A stretch of 64,000 nucleotides of DNA from an uncultured cyanobacterium (lineage in GTDB: Bacteria > Cyanobacteriota > Cyanobacteriia > Pseudanabaenales > Pseudanabaenaceae): assembly GCA_963703315.1 (NCBI GenBank), contig OY969811.1, positions 4,384,001-4,448,000 of the forward strand, written 5' to 3'. The notes under the pieces are model-generated. The model searched no databases, had not been told where the DNA came from, and was given only the letters and a program-made list of their open reading frames with translations. A program made the position numbers and the translations under genes. Positions 50,609-59,068 of the stretch are shown here, one piece after another (the stretch's first letter is position 1; every line of letters starts with the position of its first letter).

Positions 50609-51592
50609 ATGACTTATACTGAATCTTCTCTCCTTGGAGTACGTTTTATTGGTAGCGGTTCTGCTGTTCCCGATCGCGTACTTACCAATCACGATCTCGC
50701 CCAAATGGTTGACACCACTGACGAGTGGATCGCCTCACGTACAGGCATTAGAGAACGTCATATTGCCGATGGTGAGACTGATTCAGTAGCAAATCTGGCG
50801 GCACTAGCTGGACAAAAGGCGATCGCGGCGGCAGGATTAACGCCCCAAGATATTGACCTGATTATTTTGTCAACTTCAACTTCTGATGACCTGTTTGGGA
50901 CAGCAGGAAGAGTCCAAAAAATCTTAGGGGCGGAACGAGCGGTCGCTTTTGACTTAGTGGCAGCTTGTTCAGGCTTTGTGTTTGGACTAGTCACCGCTTC
51001 GCAATATATTCGTACTGGGCTTTACAAAAATGTCTTGCTGATTGGGGCAGATGTGTTATCGCGCTGGGTCGATTGGCAAGATCGGCGCACCTGTATTTTG
51101 TTTGGTGATGGTGCGGGGGCGATCGTTTTGCAAGCGACAAATCAAGAGCATCCCCAAAATAATCTCTTAGGCTTTGAGATGCGAAGTGATGGCAAAGGTA
51201 ATGATCTGCTGAATATCAACTATTTAGGACGCAGCACCTTTGAGCCAATTACGATGAATGGACAGGAGGTTTATCGTTTTGCAGTGCGGCGTGTGCCAGA
51301 AGTAATCGAGAAATCACTGCACTACGCCAATCTCGAAGTTCATGATCTAGACTGGCTGATTTTGCACCAAGCCAATCAACGCATTATCGATGCAGTAGTT
51401 AATCGTTTTGGGATTGATCCTGCTAAGGCAGTCAGCAATATGGGCAAGTATGGCAATACTTCCGCCGCCTCGATTCCGATCGCCCTTGATGAGTGGGTAC
51501 AAGCAAATAAAATCCAAAAAGACCATTTAATTGCGATCGCTGGTTTTGGTGCTGGCTTAAGTTGGGGTTCGGCAGTATTTCGTTGGGGATAA
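50609..51592 (+). CDS. fabH: 3-oxoacyl-ACP synthase III
   Basis: AACSGF, LFGDGAGA, HQANQRI, YGNTSAASIP, GFGAGLSWG. Confidence 0.96.
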   Translation: MTYTESSLLGVRFIGSGSAVPDRVLTNHDLAQMVDTTDEWIASRTGIRERHIADGETDSVANLAALAGQKAIAAAGLTPQDIDLIILSTSTSDDLFGTAGRVQKILGAERAVAFDLVAACSGFVFGLVTASQYIRTGLYKNVLLIGADVLSRWVDWQDRRTCILFGDGAGAIVLQATNQEHPQNNLLGFEMRSDGKGNDLLNINYLGRSTFEPITMNGQEVYRFAVRRVPEVIEKSLHYANLEVHDLDWLILHQANQRIIDAVVNRFGIDPAKAVSNMGKYGNTSAASIPIALDEWVQANKIQKDHLIAIAGFGAGLSWGSAVFRWG

Positions 51593-51625
51593 ACAAAATT
51601 TATTAGTTATATCGTTAGTTGCCAA

Positions 51626-51702
51626 AGATCCCCCCCAGCCCCCCTTAAAAAGGGGGGAGAATTCTCTTCTTCCCCCTTTTTAAGGGGGATTGAGGGGGAT
51701 CT
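51626..51702. repeat. Cyanobacterial CCCCCCTT/AAGGGGGG palindromic repeat
   Basis: AGATCCCCCCCAGCCCCCCTTAAAAAGGGGGGAG...CCCCCTTTTTAAGGGGGATTGAGGGGGATCT. Confidence 0.75.
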
Positions 51703-51805
51703 ATACTCTGAAACAAAGACAGAGAGACTTGTATATACACGGTAGCTTCTTTTGTTTATGACCATAGTAAAATTGTATTTCTAAGACAAGATTCCCCAGT
51801 AAACA

Positions 51806-52540
51806 ATGACCTTGCAAACCGACATTGACAACGCCGCCGCTCAACTCAGAGGCAAAACCCCTCAAGAAGTTCTCACATGGGCGCTCGGTAACTACCAAAA
51901 TATCGCCCTTGCCTCTAGTTTTGGAGCCGAAGATGTCGCCTTGATCGATATAATCGCCAAAATTAAACCCGATGCCCATGTATTTACGCTCGATACAGGT
52001 CGTCTCAATAGCGAAACCTATGACGTAATCGCCAAAGTCCAACAAAAATATCCTCAACTACAATTGCGAATTATGTTCCCACAGGCAGAAGCAGTGGAGC
52101 AGATGGTCAGTGAGAAAGGGATTAATCTTTTCTATGACAGTGTGGAAAATCGTAAGCAATGTTGTTATATCCGTAAAGTCGAGCCATTGGGTCGGGCAAC
52201 TAAAGGTCTTGACGCATGGATTACAGGACTACGCCGTGATCAAACTGCTAACCGTTCGACGATGGAAACTGTTGAATTAGACGGCGATCGCCAAATTGCG
52301 AAGATCAATCCCTTGATTGATTGGACAAATGAGCAGGTTTGGGAATACATTCGTGCTAATGATGTTCCTTATAACGCTCTCCATGACCAAAACTTCCCTA
52401 GCATTGGTTGTGCGCCCTGCACCAGAGCCGTCCAAGCAGGAGAAGATCTGCGTGCTGGTCGTTGGTGGTGGGAAATGAGCAATCAAGAATGTGGCTTACA
52501 CGTCAACAGTGATGGTCAATTGGTAAGAGCAAAAGGTTAA
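51806..52540 (+). CDS. cysH: (P)APS reductase, 4Fe-4S (APS reductase) type
   Basis: SSFGAED, LDTGRL, CCYIRKVEPL, SIGCAPCT, GRWWWE, ECGLH. Confidence 0.92.
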   Translation: MTLQTDIDNAAAQLRGKTPQEVLTWALGNYQNIALASSFGAEDVALIDIIAKIKPDAHVFTLDTGRLNSETYDVIAKVQQKYPQLQLRIMFPQAEAVEQMVSEKGINLFYDSVENRKQCCYIRKVEPLGRATKGLDAWITGLRRDQTANRSTMETVELDGDRQIAKINPLIDWTNEQVWEYIRANDVPYNALHDQNFPSIGCAPCTRAVQAGEDLRAGRWWWEMSNQECGLHVNSDGQLVRAKG

Positions 52541-52588
52541 AAGATAAATGCGGCGCGTTGCGCCGCATTTATCTAATTATGGAGAGCT

Positions 52589-53470
52589 ATGCATAAAGCT
52601 ACGGGGCTACAATATGGCGATTGGGATTTTCAGGGATGGCGATCGCATTATGGATTTTGTCCAGCGCAAAATATTGATCGTAATAAGCCACCGATCCTGT
52701 TAATTCATGGTTTTGGCGCAGCGATCGATCATTGGCGCGGTAACATACCTGCCTTAGCCCAAGACCATGATGTATATGCGATCGATTTACTAGGATTTGG
52801 CGGATCAGAGAAACCAGCGATCGCCTATTCGATCTATTTATGGGTAGAACAGGTGTTGAGTTTTTGGCAAAAATTTATTGGTGTGCCAATGGTGATCGTT
52901 GGTAACTCCATCGGAGCTTTAGTAGCCGCGATCGCCGCCAGTCATCATCCCCAAATTGCGGCGGGAGTCGCTACCCTGAGCTTGCCAGATATTGAGGCTT
53001 TTCAGAACTTAGTTCCCAAATGGCTTCAGCCTTTGGAACGCGCTGTCAAGGCGATCGTTAACGTCTTGCTAGTCAGACCTCTATTCTATCTCTTCCGTCA
53101 ACCTTGGATGATTCGCTTCGTTCTCAAAGCGATCGTTTATAGCGATCATCGCCGTGTGGATGATGAGCTAGTGGAAATCATTGCCAAACCTGCCCGCGAT
53201 CGCCAAGCCGCCTCAGCCTTTGTCAGTCTCAATCGCAGTCTCAATCAACCAAATTATTCACCTAGCCTAACGCAGGCTCTTTCAAATCTACAAGTTCCAT
53301 TATTGATTTTATGGGGTAGTCGCGATCGCTTAATCCCTCCATCAGAAGGTAAGCGCTTAGTCCAATATGCTCCTGATGCCACGCTCATCTATTTGGAGGG
53401 ATTGGGACATTGCGCCCATGACGAAAATCCTGAGATTTTTAATCACGAAATTCTGAGGTGGCTAGCATAA
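52589..53470 (+). CDS. Alpha/beta fold hydrolase
   Basis: LIHGFGA, DLLGFGGS, GNSIG nucleophile elbow, GHCAHDE. Confidence 0.9.
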   Translation: MHKATGLQYGDWDFQGWRSHYGFCPAQNIDRNKPPILLIHGFGAAIDHWRGNIPALAQDHDVYAIDLLGFGGSEKPAIAYSIYLWVEQVLSFWQKFIGVPMVIVGNSIGALVAAIAASHHPQIAAGVATLSLPDIEAFQNLVPKWLQPLERAVKAIVNVLLVRPLFYLFRQPWMIRFVLKAIVYSDHRRVDDELVEIIAKPARDRQAASAFVSLNRSLNQPNYSPSLTQALSNLQVPLLILWGSRDRLIPPSEGKRLVQYAPDATLIYLEGLGHCAHDENPEIFNHEILRWLA

Positions 53471-53719
53471 GCCCCAAGCATTAATGTAGCGTTTGAGCAT
53501 TTGCGCCACTATTTCTCAACTTCCCACTAAAATCTCCATCTGCAAATGCTCAACCCTTTTAGCTTTGAATTAATCTCACTAGCTAAACCAAACCTTTAGT
53601 TTTTCTTGAGCTTTTTTTATATTCTGGCTTAATATGAGCAGTAACTATTGAATAACTAATTGTTTTTGATAATATTTCAATTCCAAATTATATACGATCA
53701 AAACAAATACTTTTATCGC

Positions 53720-53760
53720 TGTCAAACCTAGACTTATTATTGATTGGGAAGTAGGCGATA
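53720..53760. repeat. Cassette-flanking direct repeat R1
   Basis: TGTCAAACCTAGACTTATTATTGATTGGGAAGTAGGCGATA. Confidence 0.85.
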
Positions 53761-53765
53761 TGTAT

Positions 53766-54137
53766 TTATAGCTTTGTCTGATGACGCGCTATCTCTAAAA
53801 GCACTTGATCTAGACTTGGTTCAGCGCTGTCTATAATATTCTCTCCATCATGCTTGTGATGTGGAAAAGTAGAAACATTTGCATGGTGAGGAGCGTTATC
53901 ATAGCGAAAAATCATTACCTGATCTTCATTCATGTAGTGATATCGATATTTTATTTTATTCAAGATTTCAACATTCTTGACTTCTACAAAATCTAAGCGA
54001 TGATTATTCTCAAAAATAATTGAACCGCTAATATATCCCTGCAAAATATTGTAGATTTTCTTAGTCAACGAGACAAAACGCACATTAGGAAACTCTTTAA
54101 TAATCCCTTCAAGCTGTGCAAAATACTCTTCAATCAT
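53766..54137 (-). CDS. DUF6516/TumE-family putative toxin
   Basis: Y.YHY......IFRYDNAPHH....TFPHHKH motif; ATGA overlap with the upstream partner. Confidence 0.8.
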   Translation of the reverse strand: MIEEYFAQLEGIIKEFPNVRFVSLTKKIYNILQGYISGSIIFENNHRLDFVEVKNVEILNKIKYRYHYMNEDQVMIFRYDNAPHHANVSTFPHHKHDGENIIDSAEPSLDQVLLEIARHQTKL

Positions 54138-54442
54138 CTTAGTTCGCTAAGCTGGGCTTGATTTTGACAAAGCATTTCATACAATCCCGCCCAAATCATA
54201 AAATCTGCTTCATCTTCTAAAAGCCCATCTGAGAAACTTTTGTAAAACTCAGCAGATGTCATATTATACTTTCTTTCAAAATCATCTAATTCCAGCCGTA
54301 GATTTAGAATTCCCTTTTGTAATTCAGAAACTTGGTAAGCAATAATATTTAGGGCAAATACTTCTGTATTTTTAACTTGGCTAAGGATTTTTTTTAATCT
54401 TCGTTCTGTTTGTGGCTGCACAGATAGCTGAAAATCCAACAT
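54134..54442 (-). CDS. Putative antitoxin partner of the DUF6516 toxin
   Basis: FERKYNMTSAEFY..F..G.L.D..DF..W motif; coupled upstream of the toxin. Confidence 0.7.
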   Translation of the reverse strand: MLDFQLSVQPQTERRLKKILSQVKNTEVFALNIIAYQVSELQKGILNLRLELDDFERKYNMTSAEFYKSFSDGLLEDEADFMIWAGLYEMLCQNQAQLSELR

Positions 54443-54501
54443 ATTAATCTCTGGCTCCCTATTTGTTAATAAATACTACTGTGAGTATAACAAATAAACT
54501 C

Positions 54502-54545
54502 TGTCAAACCTAGTTCTAGTATTACTTGAGATGTAGGCGATCGCC
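54502..54545. repeat. Cassette-flanking direct repeat R2
   Basis: TGTCAAACCTAGTTCTAGTATTACTTGAGATGTAGGCGATCGCC. Confidence 0.85.
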
Positions 54546-54621
54546 TGAAAAATGAAGTGACTAGCGATCGCCATGATTTAAAAAAGCTAAAATAACAGCA
54601 CCCCTCTATATTTACTTGACC

Positions 54622-54930
54622 ATGAACGAACTGAAAATCTTTACTGAATACCCCGATCGCGCGATAGAGATCCTCCAAAAAACAATCCGTGCTGAAATCC
54701 TGCGAATGGAACAGGGAAAAAAACAGATAGAACAAAAATTAAAAACATTCGAGCAGAAATATCAAATCTCCTCTCGTGAATTTGTCATCTCTTGGACAGC
54801 CGATAATCTAGAAGGCAAAGACTTAGAATATGTCGAATGGTTTGGTGAATATCGCTGTTTAGAAAATATTACTCAAGACTTACAGATTCTCCTAAGCTTA
54901 CAAAATATTAGTCAAAATGTCAGTATTTAG
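54622..54930 (+). CDS. Putative antitoxin partner of the second DUF6516 toxin
   Basis: FEQKYQISSREF...DLEYVEWFGE, the same family motif as 54134-54442. Confidence 0.7.
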   Translation: MNELKIFTEYPDRAIEILQKTIRAEILRMEQGKKQIEQKLKTFEQKYQISSREFVISWTADNLEGKDLEYVEWFGEYRCLENITQDLQILLSLQNISQNVSI

Positions 54931-55303
54931 CTATTTTCAGGACTTAGTTCTTGCAGTTTCTCGGCTAGAAGATTACGGCTTAGCCAAAACAATTACATCC
55001 AATAGCGAATCTCGTCCATCAGGTGAACTCTTTATTAATATCAAAGCAGAGCTAATTGATAACTCTATACTTTTTATTCGAGAATACATTTCCGATCAAC
55101 AGGAACAGATCGAACATTTCAGCTATGCCTACCAATATCAAGCGGCAGATGAAAGCCTAATTTTTCGTTACGATAATGCTGCTCACAAACCACCGCTATC
55201 GGACAAAGAACATAAACACCTACAGAATGGAGAAATCATCGTTTATCCACTCCCAAGTATCGAATTGATAATTGACGAGATTTTAGCTTGGTTAACAACC
55301 TGA
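54917..55303 (+). CDS. DUF6516/TumE-family putative toxin (second, divergent copy)
   Basis: YAYQYQ.....LIFRYDNAAHKP.....HKH motif; overlaps the partner's stop. Confidence 0.8.
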   Translation: MSVFSYFQDLVLAVSRLEDYGLAKTITSNSESRPSGELFINIKAELIDNSILFIREYISDQQEQIEHFSYAYQYQAADESLIFRYDNAAHKPPLSDKEHKHLQNGEIIVYPLPSIELIIDEILAWLTT

Positions 55304-55318
55304 TCAATTAGACTTAGA

Positions 55319-55362
55319 TGTCAAACCTAGAGCTAGTATTGATTGGAAAGTGAGCGATCGCC
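55319..55362. repeat. Cassette-flanking direct repeat R3
   Basis: TGTCAAACCTAGAGCTAGTATTGATTGGAAAGTGAGCGATCGCC. Confidence 0.85.
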
Positions 55363-55490
55363 TAATGCACGAAAAAGTTGGCGAAGGTAAAGTCCTGAAT
55401 TTATCAGGTACAGAAAATAACACGAAGCGCTGAATAATTTATTTCATGTTATCTTCATGGTGGTATCTCCCCGATAGAGCTAAACTCGAC

Positions 55491-57173
55491 ATGAAATATC
55501 TCATAGACGCGATCGCCAATATCTCTCGCCAACTAGTTCCTCGATCTGCGGCTTTAATGATTTTACTGAGTGCGATTGGTGGATGGGCGATCGTCAAGCC
55601 TAGTGAAGCCGCCGAAACTGTCAATTTTCGCTTTAATATTTTTGAAGTCTCAGTTTCCGTTGATGACTTGGAAACCTTTTCTAAAACTGGGGAATTGCGC
55701 GGCGCATTGGATATGGCATCACGGTATATTTCTGCGTCAGATATGGCAACCTTTCGACGGATCTTGACAGAGAGAGCCAATGTTCCCATATCTTTATTGT
55801 CTAGATTTCTCTACACATCTCAAGGAGAAAGATCCCTAGATATTTTAGGAGACTTTATCAAAACAGGACCGACTCTATCAGGTAATCGAGCTATTCGCGC
55901 CGCCGCAGTTTTGGCGACCGCCGATAAGCAGAATGGTTTATCTTTACTCAACTTTTTACGGAAATTCCCCACATCCGATATCTACTTTGATATTCAAGCA
56001 GGACTGCAAACTGTTGGTGAATTAAGTGATTTACTTCAGAATACTCAAAGAACTGTCCAATTGGTCAATGACGAGGCTACAAAACAAGCCACTGCTACAC
56101 CAGCGCCTACACCAATTGAGTTAGCTGATTTACGGGAGAAAGGGAGCTTGCAATGGGATCGCTATAGCCTCAAAGCCCCTGCCCTAAATAATAAATATGA
56201 GATTCCGTTCTATTTATTTATTCCCAAATTTGCTAATACAAATGTAACTAATATTCCTACGATCGTGATCTATCCTGGACTCATCTCGAATCGTGAACCA
56301 TTACTCTATCTTGCCGAGCATCTAGCTTCCTACGGTTTTGCCGTGATCCTAACGGTTTCGCCTAATAGTAGTGAGGAACAATTAGATAAATTGATTATTG
56401 GGGCGGCGACTGAAATTGCACCACCAGAGAGCTTTGTTGAGCGTCCGCAAGATATCACGGCGGTTCTCAACTATCTAGAAAAGTCGCCACAAGTCGATAA
56501 TCCTGCTAGCTCTAAGATTAATTGGAAGAACGTGGGTATAGTTGGTCATTCCTTTGGCGGTTATGCGGCGCTAGCGTTGGTAAGTGATGCCCAGATTCAG
56601 TTTGCAGATTTACAGGAAGCTTGTCAGGGGAAATATAAATGGAATGCTTCGCTATTACTGCAATGTGTAGCTCTAGGATTGCCCAATCAGACCTATAAGT
56701 TAGGAGATCCGCGTATTACCGCCGCGATCGCTGTTAATCCTGTGACTAGTCATGTATTAGGCAAGTCGATGTTGAGTAAAATTACTGCACCGATCGCCCT
56801 AGTAGCAAGTTCCGATGATACGTTTGCCCCTGCGGTCGCTGAGCAAATTGTACCGTTTACATGGTTGACTAGCGCTAATCGCTATTTGGTCTTACTAAAT
56901 CGCGCAGGACATACGGCAGTGACCGCAATTACATCCAGCGATCGCCTGAGTCCTGAAGTCAGCAGTGTGTTAGCAGGACCAAATCCGATCGCCTCACAGG
57001 ACTACCTCAAATTACTAAGTGTGGCTTTTTTCAAAACCCATCTAGTGCAGGAATCTAGCTATGCGAACTATCTGACTCCCGCCTATTTTGCGAACATCTC
57101 AACGCAATCAGCGCAAGTGAGTTTGTTGCGATCGCTCAGCATTGAACAAATCAATGTAGCGATCGGTAATTGA
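55491..57173 (+). CDS. DUF1400 + alpha/beta hydrolase, secreted
   Basis: AAETVNFRF...SVSVDDLETFSKTG DUF1400 start; HLASYGF, RPQDI, GHSFGG. Confidence 0.85.
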   Translation: MKYLIDAIANISRQLVPRSAALMILLSAIGGWAIVKPSEAAETVNFRFNIFEVSVSVDDLETFSKTGELRGALDMASRYISASDMATFRRILTERANVPISLLSRFLYTSQGERSLDILGDFIKTGPTLSGNRAIRAAAVLATADKQNGLSLLNFLRKFPTSDIYFDIQAGLQTVGELSDLLQNTQRTVQLVNDEATKQATATPAPTPIELADLREKGSLQWDRYSLKAPALNNKYEIPFYLFIPKFANTNVTNIPTIVIYPGLISNREPLLYLAEHLASYGFAVILTVSPNSSEEQLDKLIIGAATEIAPPESFVERPQDITAVLNYLEKSPQVDNPASSKINWKNVGIVGHSFGGYAALALVSDAQIQFADLQEACQGKYKWNASLLLQCVALGLPNQTYKLGDPRITAAIAVNPVTSHVLGKSMLSKITAPIALVASSDDTFAPAVAEQIVPFTWLTSANRYLVLLNRAGHTAVTAITSSDRLSPEVSSVLAGPNPIASQDYLKLLSVAFFKTHLVQESSYANYLTPAYFANISTQSAQVSLLRSLSIEQINVAIGN

Positions 57174-57210
57174 GTAGAAGTAGCGCTTTTAGCGCTACTT
57201 CTAGTTGATT

Positions 57211-57666
57211 CTATCGGACAACACCAACTTTGCCAGATTCCATAATCGGATGAAACCAATGGGGACGCATGAGCATTACGGTGTCAATGACATGAATAAT
57301 GCCATTATCTGCTTCAATATCAGCCGCAATTACCGTAGCATTATTTGCCTCAAAGCCGTCATCGGAAATATCTATATCGATTTGGGAACCTTCTAGAGAA
57401 GTAAGAGATTTAAGACCAATCAAATCCTCCTTCTTATATCTTCCTGCAACTACGTGATAGGTCAAGATCCTTGATAGTTGGGGAATGTTCTGAACAAGCG
57501 TTGTAATTGTACCAGCAGGGAGTTTTGCAAAGGCAGCATCATTGGGAGCGAATACGGTAAAAGGACCTGGACTTTGTAAGGCTTCCACTAAGCTTGCCGC
57601 CGTGACTGCGGTGACTAAAGTCGAGAATCCTTCATTATTAACGGCAATATCAACAATTGTGGTCAT
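57211..57666 (-). CDS. cupS: Fasciclin-domain protein CupS
   Basis: [26 protein letters not shown]; immediately downstream of cupA. Confidence 0.85.
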   Translation of the reverse strand: MTTIVDIAVNNEGFSTLVTAVTAASLVEALQSPGPFTVFAPNDAAFAKLPAGTITTLVQNIPQLSRILTYHVVAGRYKKEDLIGLKSLTSLEGSQIDIDISDDGFEANNATVIAADIEADNGIIHVIDTVMLMRPHWFHPIMESGKVGVVR

Positions 57667-57748
57667 AGTTAGTTCCTGAATAATTTACTCCCTCGCCTTG
57701 CGGGAGAGGGGGCTGGGGGGTGAGGGCAGATCTTCGCGCCACAAATAC

Positions 57749-59065
57749 TTAACGATAGTTTTGATCTTGAATCATGGTGATTCTAGCTGCCTTATCCATG
57801 CCATATTTAGGGTTACAAAAACGATTTAACTGTCCCTCAAAATAATGGCGATTGGCTAAGAGATGTTTAGGATTAGGATCATCGAGAGGATAAAGAAAAG
57901 CAGCTCGACCTGCCTGAATTACCGCCGAAGTGACGTTATACATTGATCGCTGAAAACTCACAGCTAATTGAATCAGCGTATCATCTTCACCACGACAGAA
58001 TTGTTTGTAATAGTCCACCAGATATTGCGGCAAGAAGTGGTACATATCTTGATGCAATAGAGTCGGCGGAATCCCTGCGGAGCCTACGGGGAATTTGTCA
58101 GCGTAGAGAATTCCGTAATGAAAATCATTTTGATCGGTGGGAATTTCATTGGCTTGGGCATTGTAGGACTTAGTGCCTCGGAATGGCGAAGTACGATAGA
58201 AAACTGCCTCAACGTATGGGAAAGCAGCTTCATAGAGCCAAGTAAATCCTTTGGATTTCGGCACAATATCAATCCATTCACCACCAATATTGACACGATG
58301 ATAGATAGGACGACCTGCGATCGCAAAGATACCATTTACCAAAAAGTCCATCGCATCAGGAACGCCTTTAAATCCGCCTTCATCATAAATATCGGACATC
58401 TCGAAGAATACGGGAGCCATGATTTCCCAGAATAGCCCCAATACGGAAGTCATCGTCGATTGCCGACATTGCTCTAAAAACATTTCAGGGAAAAGCTTAT
58501 ACAGTCCCAACATCACAGGATTGTTTTTAAAGAAAGCACGAATCGCGCGATCGCAGTTTTGGCGATATTCCTCAGAATCCATATAAGGCTCTAACTCACC
58601 GCCCATATTTCGATGCCACAGCATGGCTCGCATACATTCTTCAGCGAATTCCATATTGATGCGATCGTGATACAGATGATGGAAGATTTTGGGAATCTTG
58701 GTTTTAAGCTCTCCCTTTTCCATAAATTCCAATAACTCAGGGTGTGCGGTCGCCTGACCACGCCAGAACCGAAGGTCTGCGTCATCACCTGCATAGTGAT
58801 TAGGCAGATCGAGATATTCCTGAGATATAAAATATTTGAAAGCAGGAATTGGCTCTAGAAAAACCTGTTCAGCGATATACAGCAAATCTCGCCAATAAAA
58901 ATCCATCGGCACGGCATAGGCTTTATAAAGCCCAATTATTTGCATCAGGTTTTCGGGAGTATCGGGCAGCATCGATCCGCCAGCCTCTAAACGATGGATC
59001 ACCTCCGCATAGGGATGAGTGGAGGGTGGTAGTTTTGTGTCTAGTTCTGTTAATGTAGCAGTCAT
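57749..59065 (-). CDS. cupA: CO2 hydration protein CupA (ChpY)
   Basis: RLEAGGSMLPDTPENL, DRINMEFAE, PFRGTKSYNAQA, AGIPPTLL.QDM. Confidence 0.95.
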   Translation of the reverse strand: MTATLTELDTKLPPSTHPYAEVIHRLEAGGSMLPDTPENLMQIIGLYKAYAVPMDFYWRDLLYIAEQVFLEPIPAFKYFISQEYLDLPNHYAGDDADLRFWRGQATAHPELLEFMEKGELKTKIPKIFHHLYHDRINMEFAEECMRAMLWHRNMGGELEPYMDSEEYRQNCDRAIRAFFKNNPVMLGLYKLFPEMFLEQCRQSTMTSVLGLFWEIMAPVFFEMSDIYDEGGFKGVPDAMDFLVNGIFAIAGRPIYHRVNIGGEWIDIVPKSKGFTWLYEAAFPYVEAVFYRTSPFRGTKSYNAQANEIPTDQNDFHYGILYADKFPVGSAGIPPTLLHQDMYHFLPQYLVDYYKQFCRGEDDTLIQLAVSFQRSMYNVTSAVIQAGRAAFLYPLDDPNPKHLLANRHYFEGQLNRFCNPKYGMDKAARITMIQDQNYR

Positions 59066-59068
59066 GGT

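Noticed and set aside
53578..53690. Minus-strand ~35-codon stretch (FGIEILSK...KVWFS) next to R1, possibly the remnant of a lost cassette
   Set aside because: It is too short, is preceded by an in-frame stop and has no recognisable homology; it cannot be supported without a search.
53720..55362. R1-R3 considered as a CRISPR array, attC sites or plain promoters (TGTCAA is TTGACA reversed)
   Set aside because: Spacers are ~750 bp gene pairs and no cas genes are present; there are no RYYYAAC/GTTRRRY attC ends; no well-spaced -10 box follows all three copies.
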